Positions 1 through 14,164 of a stretch of 64,000 nucleotides of DNA are shown here, piece by piece. Below the pieces are notes generated by a model. The model searched no databases, was not told the DNA's origin, and saw nothing but the letters and a program-made list of their open reading frames with translations. Made by a program: the position numbers and the translations under genes. Positions within the stretch are counted from its first letter, which is position 1, and each line of letters begins with the position of its first letter. This DNA is from Scenedesmus sp. PABB004. Its lineage: Eukaryota. The stretch lies in the NCBI GenBank assembly GCA_014905635.1, contig CM026547.1, positions 4,650,001 through 4,714,000 on the forward strand. The letters run 5' to 3'.

Positions 1-1764
<1,764 letters not shown>

Positions 1765-2611
1765 CGCGCCGGGCTGTGGATCGGCAGCGGCGGGGTGAGG
1801 GACGGCGGTCGGGCGGGGGCGGGCGGGGGGCACGCGGACGACGTGTGGGGCGGGCAAGCGGGCGGCGGGCGGCCCAGCGCCGGCCGCGGCGGTGCGGCGA
1901 GCAGTTGGCAGGGTTTTCTTGACCTGCTGTGACCGCGAAGAACCTCGCAGCCGCGCGCATGGCGCCGTCCCGCGGCGCCCGATCGGCTGGCGGCGGGGCG
2001 GCACCTGCCGCGTGCGCCGCCGGGGGCCGCCCTGCTCGCGCGCTCGCGTCGCAGCCGTTGCCGGGCGCTTCCACGCCGCGCCGGGCCTCAGGGTGCGCGC
2101 GCACGGGGGGCACGCACACACGCGCGCACCACCGATCATACACAGCTCGGCGCGGCCGGCGCGCCCACGTGAGGGCGGGCGCCGCGCGGCCGCGGCCGGC
2201 TGGCCGAGGCTCCCTCGCGCGCCCCTGCGCCGGGGCGCGCCAAAATCGCTGGATGTACACACGCGGGCGCCGCCGCCCCCCAAGCAGTTCTGGGCGCCGT
2301 CGAGGCCCGCTCTCGCCGGCGCAGCACGGCACCAAAGCACACACCGATGCGCGCGCGTGCGCGCGCGCTGGCCGTCGACCCCTCACCACCACCACCACCA
2401 CCACCACCACGGTCAGGCTCCGCTGCCGCCGCCCCGACTCGCTGCCGCCCCGCTGCTCGCTCCCCAGCAGCGCGCGGGGCCGCTGTCCGACTGTTCAGCA
2501 CTCGTGCGCCGCGGCGCCCCGGCGGCCGTGGCTCGCCGGGCGCGCCGTGGCTCGCCGCCCGCTCCCTCCTCGCTCTCCGCACGCGCCGCGCCGGCGCCGC
2601 TCGCCCGCCGC

Positions 2612-4055
2612 TCACCCCGCAGCTGGCGCGGGCGCGCCGGGCGGCCGCGTCCGGCCCGCGAGCGCGCGCGCGACGTGGCTCGCGTTTGGCCGGCCGAGCG
2701 CGGCGCAGATGAAGTCGCTCGCCGCGACGAGGCGCGGCAGGTCGACGCCGTGCGCGATGCCCAGGCCGTCCAGCATGTACACCACGTCCTCGGTCGCGAC
2801 GTTGCCGCTCGCGCCCCTGCGCGCGGCGGGCCACGCGGCGCGCGGGTCGGCGGGCCAGCGGGTCAGGCGGGGGCGCCGTCGGCAGGGCCGGGCGCGTGCG
2901 CGTGCGCGCCGCGGCGCGCACTTGGCGTAGGGGCAGCCGCCGAGGCCGGCGGCGGAGGCGTCAATGACGCGCACGCCCATCTGCAGCGCGGTGAGGATGT
3001 TTGCGAGCGCCTGGCCGTACGTGTCGTGCAGGTGCACCGCGAGCGACGCCACGGGCACGACCGCGGACACCGCGCTCAGCGCCGCCGCGAGCGTCGCGGG
3101 CGTGCCGACGCCGATGGTGTCGGAGATGGAGACCTCGTAGCAGCCCATGTCGAACAGCGCCTTGGCCACGCGCGCGACGGCGGCCGGCGGCACGGCGCCG
3201 CTGTACGGGCAGCCGAGCGCGCACGAGACGTAGCCGCGCACGCGCACGCCGCGCGCCGCCGCGGCGGCCGCGACCGCCTCGAAGCGCTCCAGGCTCTCCG
3301 CGATGGAGCAGTTGATGTTGGCGACGCTGAACGCCTCCGACGCGGCGCCAAAGATCGCGACCTCGTCCGCGCCCGCCGCCAGCGCGCGCTCAAAGCCCTG
3401 CGTGCGTGTGTGTGTGTGTGGGGGGGGGGGGGCGCGGCGCGGGCGTCGGCCAACCAGGCGCGGCGCGCGGCGTGCGGCGCGGCGCGCGGCGTGCGGCGGC
3501 GGCGTTTGCTTGCGCCGCGCCTGGAGGTTGGGCGTGAGCACGCTGTAGCGCACGCCGGGGGGCCGGCTCACGGCGGCCATGACCTCTGCCGCGTCGGCGA
3601 GCTGCGGGACCCACTTGGGCGACACAAAGCTCGTCGCTTCGATCACGCGCAGCCCCGCTGCGGCGAGGCGGTCGATGAACTCGACCTTGGTGGCCGCGGG
3701 GATCGCGCCCGGCTCGTTCTGCAGGCCGTCGCGCGGCCCGACCTCCACGATCGTCACCTCGCGGGGCAGCGCCGACCCGGCGGCCTGCGACGGGTGGGCG
3801 CGCGGCGACAGCAGCGCGAGTTGGCGGCGGCGGCCGCGCGCGGCGGCCGCGCTGCACGCAGCCATCACGCCCCCCGCCGCTCACCCAGCCGGCCGCGCTG
3901 GCGAAGCTCGCGCCGTGCTGCGCCAGGAGGCCGCCGAGCGCGCTCGCCGCGACGGCCTGCGCCGTCGTGCTGCCGGCACGCGCCGGCAGCGCCTCCATCG
4001 CACCCATCGCGCCGGCTCGGCGCAGCGCGGTCAGGGTGGCGCGCGCGGCGAGCAT
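2612..4055 (-). CDS. HMGCL: Hydroxymethylglutaryl-CoA lyase, likely mitochondrial
   Basis: Motifs [78 protein letters not shown]. Introns 3884-3785, 3520-3398 (GC-AG) and ~2921-2818. The Arg/Ala-rich N-terminus starts at ATG 4055. Confidence 0.95.
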
Positions 4056-4404
4056 GCGCGGGTGGCGCTGCTGCGGAGCTGCTGCGGCCTCCTACGCGCG
4101 CCGTGGTCCCACGCGCGCCCTCCCCGAGCCGCTAAAGCAGCAGTCTGCCGCCCCCGGCTGTGCGCCGGCCGGGCGGGCGGGCACGGTGAAGGGGGACGGC
4201 GGCGGCGGCGTCGCTGACGCCGCCAACTGTGTAACATGCATCTTTTTCTCGCCGTTTCACGGCGCCGCAGCTCAATTCGCTCGCCCCCCGCGGTCAGCGC
4301 CCCTGGCCAGCGGCCGCGGCAGCTGCGGCGCGCCGCCGGCGCGCCGCCGGCGCGCCGCCGGCGCGCCGCCGGCCAGCCTCGGCAGTCCGCGTGCACACCG
4401 CGCT

Positions 4405-4559
4405 CACAGCCCCCGCGTCACAGCTCGCCGCAGTCGGCGATGCGGCACTGGTTCACGGGGCGGTCCATGGGGGCCGACCGCCCACAGCCCCGCCCGCGTC
4501 ACAGCTCGCCGCAGTCGGCGATGCGGCACTGGTTCACGGGGCGGTCCATGGGGCCGACC
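4405..4559. repeat. Tandem duplication (81-bp period) of the last ~20 codons, stop and start of the 3' UTR of the cyclophilin gene
   Basis: cccgcgtcacagctcgccgcagtcggcgatgcggcactggttcacggggcggtccatgggg(g)ccgacc occurs at ~4412-4479 and ~4493-4559. The TGA positions are 4418-4420 and 4499-4501. Confidence 0.95.
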
Positions 4560-6562
4560 TTCTGGCCCTCGACCTTCTGCACCACGTCGTAGCCCTCGAC
4601 GACCTCGCCGAACACGACTGCGCCGCGCGCACGGGCGGCGGTCAGCAGTGAGGGGCGGTGCGCGGCGGGCAGCGGGAAGCGCGCCCTTGACGCGCCGCCG
4701 CCGCGCCGCGCGCGCCTGCCCGCGGCCGCCGCGCTCACCGTGCTTGCCGTCCAGCCACGGCGTGGGCACGGTGCACAGGAAGAACTGCGGGCCGCGGCGA
4801 GGGGGGCGTGGGCCCCCGCCGCGGCGGCGCCCGCGTGCGCGCCCGCCCGCCCGAGGCCGCGGCGGCAGCGGCGGCGGCGCGGACCTGGCTGCCGTTGGTG
4901 TTGGGGCCCGCGTTGGCCATGGAGAGGATGCCTGGGCCGGTGTGCCTGTGGGTGAAGTTCTCGTCAGCAAACTGCAACGGCGGGCGGGCAGCGCGGTGAT
5001 GTTGTCGATGCTTGGTCAGCGGGCGGACGGTCAGCGCGGTGGACGGCAGCGGCGGCGGGGGCGGGACGTGCGGCCGGCCCCGCGCGCGCGGGCCCCGTCC
5101 CGCCGCCCACAGTCGCCTCGGCACACCTTGTTGCCTGGGAGCGGCGCGGCGCGGCGCGGCGCGGGGGCGCGGTCAGTCGGTGGCGGCGGCGGTGGCGGCG
5201 GCGGCGCGGTCAGGCGGCGGCGGCGCGCGGCAGCGGGCGTGCGCGCGCCGCGCCGCGGCCCGTCTGCTCACCGTAAATGCTCTTGCCGCCGGTGCCGTTG
5301 CCGGCCGTGAAGTCGCCGCCTGCGGGCGGGCGGGCGGCCGGCTCACACAACCGCGGCGCCGGCCAGGGACGCCCTCGGCCGCGGCCGGCGCCCCCGCGCG
5401 GTGCGGGCGCATCGATGCCCCGCGCGCCGCGTGGGCACAGCCCGCCGGCGTGCAGGGCCGCACCCTGGATCATAAAGTCCTTGATCACGCGGTGGAACGC
5501 AGACCCCTGGCAGACAGAGAGGCGGGGCGGCGGCGGCGGCGGGGCGGCGGCAAGCACGCGTGCTCAGCACAGGCAAAGGCGCGGGCGCGGGCGTGCGGGC
5601 GCGGGGCGCGCGGGCGTGGGCGCGGGGCGGCGCGGGCGCGCCGCACCTTGAAGCCGAAGCCCGCCTCGCCGGTGCAGAGCTGGCGGAAGTTCTCGGCGGT
5701 CTTGGGGACGTCGTTGCCGTACAGCCCGATCACGACGCGCCCTGGCGGGCGGCGGCGGGGCGGGGGCGTAAGGTGTGCGGCGGGGCGGGGGCGTGGGGCG
5801 TGCGGCGCGGCCGGGCGGCGCAGCGGAGCCGCCGCGCCGCGCCGCGCGCCCGCCGGGCGGCGCCGGCCGCGCCCGCGCCGCCGCACACGCACCCTCCTTC
5901 TGGCCGCCGATCTCGATGTCAAAGAAGACCTTCTTGGTCACCGCGCCCGGGTTGTGGCTCGGCGCGGTCGCCATGCAGCGCACGGGCGCGGCCGCCGCGC
6001 GGCCGGCGCGCACGGCGCGCGCGGAGCCGCGCAGCGCGGCGCGCTGCACCTGCGGCGGGGAGGGGGGGGGGGGGGGGGGTACACCAGGCGGCGGCGGCGG
6101 CGGCGGCGGTGGGCGGCAGTCGGCGGCGGCGGTCGGCGGCGGTCGGCGTGCGGCCGCGCAGCCCGCTGCGCTGGCGGACTGCGCTCCGCCGGCTGCCTGT
6201 TCCGCTGCTGCCTCCCTGCTGCCGCCACCGCTCCACGCAGCTACAAATGAGCATTCCCGCGGCCTGCCAGCGCTCGTTGCGGGCCGGGGGGCGGCGCTGG
6301 CCGGGCGAATGCGTGGCTGGCGATCGCCTGTCCGCCCCCGCGCGTCCGGCCGCCGCAGCTGTCCCGCCACCCTCCGGGCGCGTAGAGACGGCAACAGCCG
6401 TCCGCCGAGCCTGAAAACGCGGCGCGCCGCGGCCTGACACCGGCGCTGGCCGCCGGCGCGGCGGGCGTCCGCCGCTGCTGCACCGCCACGCCGCGCCCGC
6501 TGCTCGCGGCCGGCGCCGCGCGCGCCGGGGTGGCACATTGGCCGCACCTGAGCCATGGCCAT
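4499..6562 (-). CDS. Cyclophilin-type peptidyl-prolyl cis-trans isomerase, probably plastid (CYP20-like)
   Basis: Exons give [119 protein letters not shown] and [17 protein letters not shown] transit-like N-terminus ends ..APVRC. The start exon MAMAQ (6562-6548) is less certain. Confidence 0.95.
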
Positions 6563-7141
6563 CGCTGCTGGTCCGGCGGGCGTCGGCGTGGGCGGCTGGA
6601 GGGCGCGGGCGGCGCGCTGGGCGGCTCGGTGCGGGTGGCGTGTGCGCGTGGGTGGACCGGGGGCTGTACAGGGCCGGCTGGGCACGCCGCCGCCGCCATC
6701 GACGGTGGGCCCCGCACCGCTCAACCGCACCGCTGAGCCGCTGCGCCTCGCCGCCGGTCGCTGCTGGTGTCGCCGCATCACGATGGTGGCCATAGCAGCA
6801 GCGGCACCACCACGCACACAGTCCGCAACCTCGCGCGCCCACCAGCAGCAGCGGCAGCGGCCGCCGCTGCCGCCGCTGCCGCGCCGCGCCGCCTGCCTCC
6901 CGGCTGTTCGCACACCTCCGACCTGATCGACGAGCACTTCCGGGCGAGCGGAGCTCGTCCTGGAGAGCGGAGCGCACGACTCGGCACGTGGGTGCCTTCC
7001 CGAGCTTGCAGCGCACCCGCCGGGCGCCGGCGCCTGCCCTACGCGCGCCCGGGACGCCGCGCCAGGCGGCTGAGCGCGCCCGAGCGCGCGCCGCCGGCGG
7101 CGCAGCGCCAGCGCAGCAGCGGCGCCAGCGCAGCAGCGCCG

Positions 7142-9401
7142 ATGCCGGCCGACGCGGGCAGCCCGCGGCGCGGCGGCGGCGGCGGCGACATAGCGGCGGA
7201 GCATGACGCGGCCCCGCAGACCCCGCCGCCGCCAGCAGCGCAAGCGGCGCCGGCGCCCGAGGCGGCCCCGCGCACTCCGGCGCCGGCGGCGCAACCGACA
7301 GCGCCGGGCGACGACGACGGCGACGTGCGGGCGCCGGCGCAGCTGGCGTCGGCCTTCTTCACCACGCCGCCGGCGGCAGCGGCGGCGGCCGCGGCGGCCG
7401 CCATCTCCCCGCTCAGCAGCGGCCTGCGGGCCAGCCGCAGCCTGAGCCGCACCGCCAGCGCGGCGAGCGCCGGCGCCGGCGCTGCCGGCGCGGCGCGGAC
7501 GCACCGCCCGCGGCCGCACGAGCGCGAGGACAGCGCGCTGCTGGTGGTGGACGCGACGCGCCTGCAGGGCGCGCTGGTGACGGTCGAGGTGCGGGCCGCG
7601 CACGGCACGCGCACGGCACGCGCCGCGCCATCGTCGCGCACGCCGCGCACGCCACTCATGCCGGCCGCCTGCCCGCCCGCCGCGCGCGCAGGACTACACC
7701 GGCGGCCTGTACAGCCCGCCGCCGCCGCCGGCGGGCGACACGTTCTGGCCGTGCGCCTTCAACCTCTCCAAGGTCATCATGGTGCGCCCGCCTGCCCCGG
7801 CCCGCCCCGCCCCTGGCCCGGCCTGCCGCCCTGCCCCGGCCCCTTGCCCGGCCTGGCTCGCGCGCCGGCGCCGCGCTGAGCGGCGGGCCGCCGCGCCTGC
7901 CGCTGCGCCGCCGCCGCGGGCGCAGGGCGCGGGCATGATGGCCATCCCGCGCGCGTTCAACCTGCTCGGCCTGCTGCCGGGCCTGGGCATCATGGCCGCC
8001 ATGGCGGGGCTCACCCTCTTCACGCTCTCGGGGCTCATCCGCGCGAGCGCGCGCCGCGCCGGCGGCGCGGCGGGCAGCTACGGCGGCCTCGTGCGCCGCA
8101 CGGTCGGCCCCGCCGCGGAGGGCGCGCTGCAGCTCGCGGTGCTGGCCAACTGCTTCGTGATGAACATCGTCTTCCTCGTCATCGCTGGCGACGTGCTGCT
8201 CGGGGACGCGCCCGACTACGCGGGCCTGCTGCAGGAGGCGCTCGCCGCGGCGGGCCTGCCCGCGCCGCGCGGCGCGTGGTGGCTCGGCCGCCCCGCCGTG
8301 CTCGGCGCGCTCGCCGGCGCCGTGCTGCTGCCGCTCTCGGCGATGCGCAGCATGGAGCGCCTCGCCGCGGTCAACGTGCTCGGCGTCGCCGCCAACGGCG
8401 GCTTTGCTGCGCTCATGCTCGCCCTCGCCGCCGCGGCGGCGGCCGGCGGCGGGCTGTCGCCGCCGCGGCTGCTGCCCGACTGGCCCGCGCTCGGCGACAG
8501 CCCGCTCGCGACGGGCATGGCCCTCGCGGCGGTCGTCCCGATACTGCTCAACTGCGACGTCTGCCACCAGAGCCTGCACCCGCTCATGCCGCTGCTGAAG
8601 CCCTTCAGCGTGTCGCGCATGCAGCGCCTCGTCGCGACGGCGCTGTTGCTGACCAACGCGCTCTACCTCGCGGTCACGCTGTCGGCGGGCCTCGTCTTTG
8701 GCGCGGCGCTCGAGGCCGACGTGCTCGCCAACGTCAGCGCGGCGTCGATGGCGCCGCTGCTCGGCGCGCGCGCGGCCGCGGCCGCCGCGGGCGCAGTGCG
8801 GTGCGGCTACCTGGTCAGCATCACGGGCTCGTTCGTCCTGCTCACCCACCCGCTGCGCCAGTGCGTCGGCGACCTCTTCCTGCCCGGCGGGCAGCGCTGC
8901 GTCGCCGACAACTGGCTCGCGCTCACGACCGCGCTCGTTGGCGGCGCGTACGCGGTCGCGTGCTGGCTGCCCAGCATCTGGGGCGCGCTCGCGCTCATCG
9001 GCGCGACGGCGTCGACGGTCCAGGCCTTCATTGTGCCGGGGCTGGTCATCCTGGCCGACGAGCGCAGCGAGCGCCGCGAGCGCCAGCTCGGGCAGCAGCA
9101 GCTCGGGCAGCAGCAGCCGGAGCGGCGGCGGGCGGCGCTGTCGCAGCAGCAGGGCCTGCGCGCGCCGCTGCTGGAGCCGGCGCCGCGCCAGGCCGGCGCA
9201 GCAGGCCGCGGCGGCGGCTGCTGCGCGGGGCTGGCGCGGCGGGCGACGGCCGTGTTTGTCATCCTGCTGGGCGTGGCCCTGTTCGCCAACAGCGTGGCGG
9301 TCGAGCTGCTGAGCGCGCTGCACGCGCGCGCGGACGGCGCGAGCGGCGGCGGCGGCAACCTGGTGCAGGCGGCGCGCGCGCTGATGCGGCCGCTGGTGTG
9401 A
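7142..9401 (+). CDS. Amino acid transporter, Aa_trans/AAAP family (AVT6/SLC38-like)
   Basis: Exons 7142-7588, 7692-7781 and 7926-9401 join to FNLSKVIMGAGMMAIPRAFNLLGLLPG, followed by ~10-11 hydrophobic segments, SYGGLV and LIGATAST..AFIVPG. Confidence 0.9.
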
Positions 9402-9946
9402 GCGAGCGGCGGCGGCGACCTGGTGGCGATGTCGCGGATGGTGGTGAGCTGGTGCTGCGCCCTGAAACCTGCGTGACAGTCCGGGCGCATTGACCGACGC
9501 CCGGGCACGGCGTGGCCGCGAGCCGCGGGCACGCCAGTAGCCAGGCACGACGACGGGTCTGTCCGCTCAACGCTGCGCGCCCGCAGTCCGCGGCGAGCTG
9601 CCGCCGGCGCGCCGCGCCCGCAGAGCTCCAGGCGCCGCGCTCCGCGCCCCTGGGCGACTTTCGGGAGGTGAGAGCGCTGCGCGGGACTTTGCCGGGGACC
9701 TGGCGCGCCTGGCGGGGGGGGGGTGATGTCGGACGCGGGCCGGGCCGCGGCCCTCGGGCGCGGGACCGACTCACTGGCTGGCGGGCGCCCCGGGATGCCT
9801 TCCGGGCCCCTGAGGCTGATTACACAGGCGGCTGGGCAAGGCGGGCAGCCGGCGCGCGGCGCGGCCCGCGCAGCAGCGCGCGAACGCTTGACCGCGCCCG
9901 CGCCGCGCGCCGCAGGCCCCCAGCAAGCGCGGGGCCCGCCGCCGCC

Positions 9947-12900
9947 ATGGCGTCCGAGGGGGGCGTGTCGGTCGAGATCCCCGGCCACACAACCGCCGCC
10001 ACACCCGTCAAGCGCCGCGGCCGGCCCGCGGCTCCCGGCGAGCGCTACGCGCCCGGCGCCGCGCCCGCGCCCGCGCCGCCCGCCGGCGGCCGCGCCGCGG
10101 CCGTGGACGCGTGGCTGCGTGACCACATCTTCCTGCTGCTCTTCTGCGCCGGCTGGCCGCTCTTCCCCTGCTGGTGGGCCGCCGCGGTGCTCGGCTGGCG
10201 GCGCCGCCGCACCCTCGCCGGCGCGGAGCGCGCCGCGTGGCTGGCCTGCGTCACGCTGAGCGCGGCGGGGCTGCTGATCTTCCTGGCCTTCATCATCTGG
10301 CTTGGCACCGACCCCGAGGGCGCGCAGCGCACGCTGACCTACACCTGGCGCGGCGCGACCCCCGCCCTCATCGTGACGCCCCCCGGCGCCAGCCCCAGCC
10401 CCAGCCCCGCGCCGGTGGTGCGCAGCACCCGCCGGCGCACGCCGCGCAGCGCCGGGCAGCCGGCGGCGCGCCCGCGCTCGCGCCCGCGGGCCGCCACCGC
10501 CCGCTCGCCCACCCGCCGCCAACATGCTCACCCACACGCACGCACGCCAGGCGTCGCCGCGCGTCGTGACGAGGGCGACCGCGACGCTGCACGTCACGTC
10601 GCGCGGCGCCTGCAACGACACCGTGCACGACGCCCTGGTCGCGAGCGTGGAGGCGCGACTCCTTGCCGCCGCCGCTGTCGCCGCTGGCGGCGTGCAGGAC
10701 GCGCTGTCGGTGCTCAAGGGCAACTGCACCGTCCTGTCGGTGCGCACGGACGCTGCCACGGCCGCCCTGCGCCGTCCCGGCCAGACGCCCGCGCCCCGCC
10801 CTGCCCACGCCCGCCGCCCGCCGCTCGCCGCCGCCACTCGCAGGACGCGTCCGGGGGCGGCGCCTGCTGGAGGCCGCGGTCCGCATGGATGTGCTCGTCA
10901 CCTCGAGGCCCGGCGCCGCGGCGGACGAGGTGGACGCGGTGGCCGCGATGCTGCGCAACGCCGTGTCCGAGCAGGCGGGTGGCAACGTGACTGCCGCCGC
11001 CGACGCGGGCTGGTGCGGCGCGTTCTGCGTTGACCGCGCGGCCGACATCGTCAACCTCGGTGCGCGCCGCGCCGCCCGCCGAGCCACGGCGCGCCCCTGG
11101 CTGGGCGCAGCGGCGGGGCTCAGGGCGCTGCAGGCAGCACCAGGCCGGCCCGCGCCGCTGAGGGCGCGCGAGGGCTCACCCGCCCGCCCCATGTGTGCGC
11201 GCGCAGGCTCGCAGGTGGAGGAGGAGCTGCTCCCCACCTGCGCCGCGCAGGCGTGCGACGCGGCGCTGTTCATCCACGCTAGTGTCGTGCTCTACGACGG
11301 CCAGGAGCCGAGCGCGGCGTGCTGCGTGAGAGCGCGCCGCCGCGCCGCCCGCAGCGACGCGCCGCGCGGCGCGAGTGCACGGTGCCAGTGGGCGGCCGCT
11401 CACGCCGCGCACGCCGCGCACGCCGAGCGTGCCGCAGGGCGCGTTCCCCGTGGGCGCCACGTGCGCTGCGTTCAACGGCACCGCGGGCGCGGCCCTGCCC
11501 TGTCCGGACGGCCAGGTCCTTGCCGCGCGCATGGTCAACGCGAGCATCGCGGCCGCCGCCAACGCCAGCGAGGCCGCGCGCACATGCTGCGAGGCCGTGC
11601 CGGCCGGGAGCCCGTCGCCCTCGCCCGTGCCCCTGGCGGTGGAGAGCCCGTCGCCCTCGCCCGAGGCGGCGGTCGCGAGCCCGTCGCCCTCTCCCGAGCC
11701 GGCGGCGGAGAGCCCGTCGCCCGAGCCGGCGGTCGAGAGCCCGTCGCCCTCGCCCGAGCCGGCGGTGGAGAGCCCGTCGCCCTCGCCCGAGCCGGCGGCC
11801 GGCAGCCCATCGCCCTCGCCCGAGCCGGCGGTGGAGAGCCCGTCGCCCTCGCCCGAGCCCGCGGTGGAGAGCCCGTCGCCCTCGCCCGAGCCGCCGGTGG
11901 AGAGCCCATCGCCGTCGCCCGAGCCCGCGGTGGAGAGCCCGTCGCCCTCCCCCGAGCCGGCGGTCGAGAGCCCATCGCCCTCGCCCGAGCCCGCGGTCGA
12001 GAGCCCGTTGCCCTCGCCCGAGCCGGCGGCCGGCAGCCCGTCGCCCTCGCCCGAGCCGGCGGCGGAGAGCCCATCGCCCGAGCCCGCGGTGGAGAGCCCG
12101 TCGCCCTCGCCAGAGCCGCCGGTGGAGAGCCCGTCGCCGTCGCCCGAGCCCGCGGTGGAGAGCCCGTCGCCCTCTCCCGAGCCGGCGGCCGACAGCCCGT
12201 CGCCCGAGCCCGCGGTCGAGAGCCCGTCGCCCTCGCCCGAGCCCGCGGTGGAGAGCCCGTCGCCCTCGCCCGAGCCCGCTGTCGAGAGCCCGTTGCCCTC
12301 GCCCGAGCCGGCGGCCGGCAGCCCGTCGCCCTCGCCCGAGCCGGCGGCGGAGAGCCCATCGCCCGAGCCCGCGGTGGAGAGCCCGTCGCCCTCGCCAGAG
12401 CCGCCGGTGGAGAGCCCGTCGCCGTCGCCCGAGCCCGCGGTGGAGAGCCCGTCGCCCTCTCCCGAGCCGGCGGCCGACAGCCCGTCGCCCGAGCCCGCGG
12501 TCGAGAGCCCGTCGCCCTCGCCCGAGCCCGCGGTGGAGAGCCCGTCGCCCTCGCCCGAGCCCGCTGTCGAGAGCCCGTCGCCCTCGCCCGAGCCGGCGGC
12601 CGGCAGCCCATCGCCCTCGCCCGAGCCGGCGGTGGAGAGCCCGTCGCCCTCGCCCGAGCCCGCGGTGGAGAGCCCGTCGCCCTCGCGAGAGCCGCCGGTG
12701 GAGAGCCCGTCGCCGTCGCCCGAGCCCGCGGTGGAGAGCCCGTCGCCCTCTCCCGAGCCGGCGGCGGAGAGCCCGTCGCCCGAGCCCGCGGTCGAGAGCC
12801 CGTCGCCCTCGCCCGAGCCCGCGGTCGAGAGCCCATCGCCCTCGCCCGAGCCCGCGGTGGAGAGCCCGTCGCCCTCGCCCGAGCCGGCGGTGGCTAGCCC

Positions 12901-14164
12901 GTCGCCCTCGCCTGAGCCGGCGGCCGACAGCCCGTCGCCCGAGCCGGCGGTGGAGAGCCCGTCGCCCTCGCCCGAGCCGGCGGCGGAGAGCCCATCGCCC
13001 GAGCCCGCGGTCGAGAGCCTGTCGCCCTCTCCCGAGCCGGCGGCGGAGAGCCCAACGCCCGAGCCCGCGGTCGAGAGCCCGTCGCCCTCGCCCGAGCCCG
13101 CGGTCGAGAGCCCGTCGCCCTCTCCCGAGCCGGCGGCGGAGAGCCCATCGCCCGAGCCCGCGGTCGAGAGCCCGTCGCCCTCGCCCGAGCCCGCGGTCGA
13201 GAGCCCGTCGCCCTCTCCCGAGCCGGCGGCGGAGAGCCCATCGCCCGAGCCCGCGGTCGAGAGCCCGTCGCCCTCGCCCGAGCCCGCGGTGGAGAGCCCG
13301 TCGCCGTCGCCAACGCCCGCAGCCTGCTCGGGCGCGCCCACCGACGGCAGCGACCTGACTGCCAACGCGACGTGGAGCTCGTGCGCCTCCGTGCCCAGCG
13401 GCTCGTCCTGCGCCGCCGTGTGCGCGAGTGGCTTCACTGCGACCGCCGACACCGCCTACAGCGCGGCGTGCACCAACGGCGCGTACGAGCCGCCCTCGGG
13501 CAACCTGACCTGCACGCCAAACGGTGAGCGCAGCGTGCAGCTGGCCGCGGCGCCGGCGGCGGCGCGGCTCCTGGCTCGCGCGCGCGCGCTGCGTGCGGGC
13601 GCGCAGGGTCCCTGCCCGAGCACGCTGCCCGTGCCGCCGCGCCACTGTCCCGCAGCCTGCTCGGGCGCGCCCACCGACGGCAGCGACCTGGCCGCCAACG
13701 CGGCGTGGAGCTCGTGCGCCTCCGTGCCCAGCGGCTCGTCCTGCGCCGCCGTGTGCGCGAGTGGCTTCACTGCGACCGCCGACACCGCCTACAGCGCGGC
13801 GTGCACCAGCGGCGCGTACGAGCCGCCCTCGGGCAACCTGACCTGCACGCCAAACGGTGAGCGCAGCGCGCTGCTGGCCGCGGCGCCGGCGGCGGCGCGG
13901 CTCCTGGCTCGCGCGCGTGTGGCAGCGCCACGTGCCAACGCTGCGATCGCCTCGGCACTGCCCCGCGCAGGCTGCTTGGCGAAGCCAACGCAGACTCTGA
14001 CTTCTCCTGGTGCAACCTGGCCGGACTCCTGCGCCGACACCACCAGCGGCAACACCTGCATCGCACAGTGTGTCGGCTTTGATCCATTCGGTGCCCCCTC
14101 CACCGTCACCTGCACGGCTGGGGTTTGGAGCAATCTCTATGACGGTTCGGACCAGTGTATTTGA
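9947..14164 (+). CDS. Membrane-anchored cell-surface glycoprotein: N-terminal hydrophobic hairpin/TM, Cys-rich region, (ESPSPSPEPAV)n stalk, three Sushi/CCP-like Cys modules
   Basis: ATG 9947 in a gccgccATGG context. Hydrophobic segments IFLLLFCAGWPLFPCWWAAAVLG and AAWLACVTLSAAGLLIFLAFIIWLG, then RRLL motif, Ser/Pro repeat 11608-13313, and modules C-x-W-x-C..C...C..G.(Y/W)..C at 13323-13523, 13656-13856 and 13971-14161. Joining the 5' exons needs one extra base near 10851-10857, so this may be two genes. Confidence 0.6.
11608..13313 (+). repeat. Coding minisatellite of 33-bp (ESPSPSPEPAV) and 27-bp (ESPSPEPAV) units, about 50 copies, with 285-bp and 93-bp higher-order periods
   Basis: The variant gagcccgttgccctc recurs at 12001 and 12286 (285 = 7x33 + 2x27). 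The variant ccctctcccgagccggcggcggagagccca recurs at 13025, 13118 and 13211 (93 = 2x33 + 27). Confidence 0.95.
13316..13917 (+). repeat. Near-identical duplication (333-bp period) of a 201-bp Cys-module exon plus flanking splice sites
   Basis: 13316-13584 matches 13649-13917, including the cccgcag acceptor-like start and the G|GTGAG donors at 13524 and 13857. Confidence 0.95.

Noticed and set aside
2612..3868. In-frame, stop-free introns in HMGCL (and other genes) as regulated intron retention
   Set aside because: One third of introns are 3n by chance and stops are rare at this GC. The retained sequence would interrupt conserved domains.
11608..13313. Repeat array as a possible CRISPR array or non-coding satellite
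   Set aside because: It has no unique spacers and no cas genes. Unit lengths are multiples of 3, variation is largely synonymous or conservative, and it is in frame with flanking exons, so it is a coding repeat.
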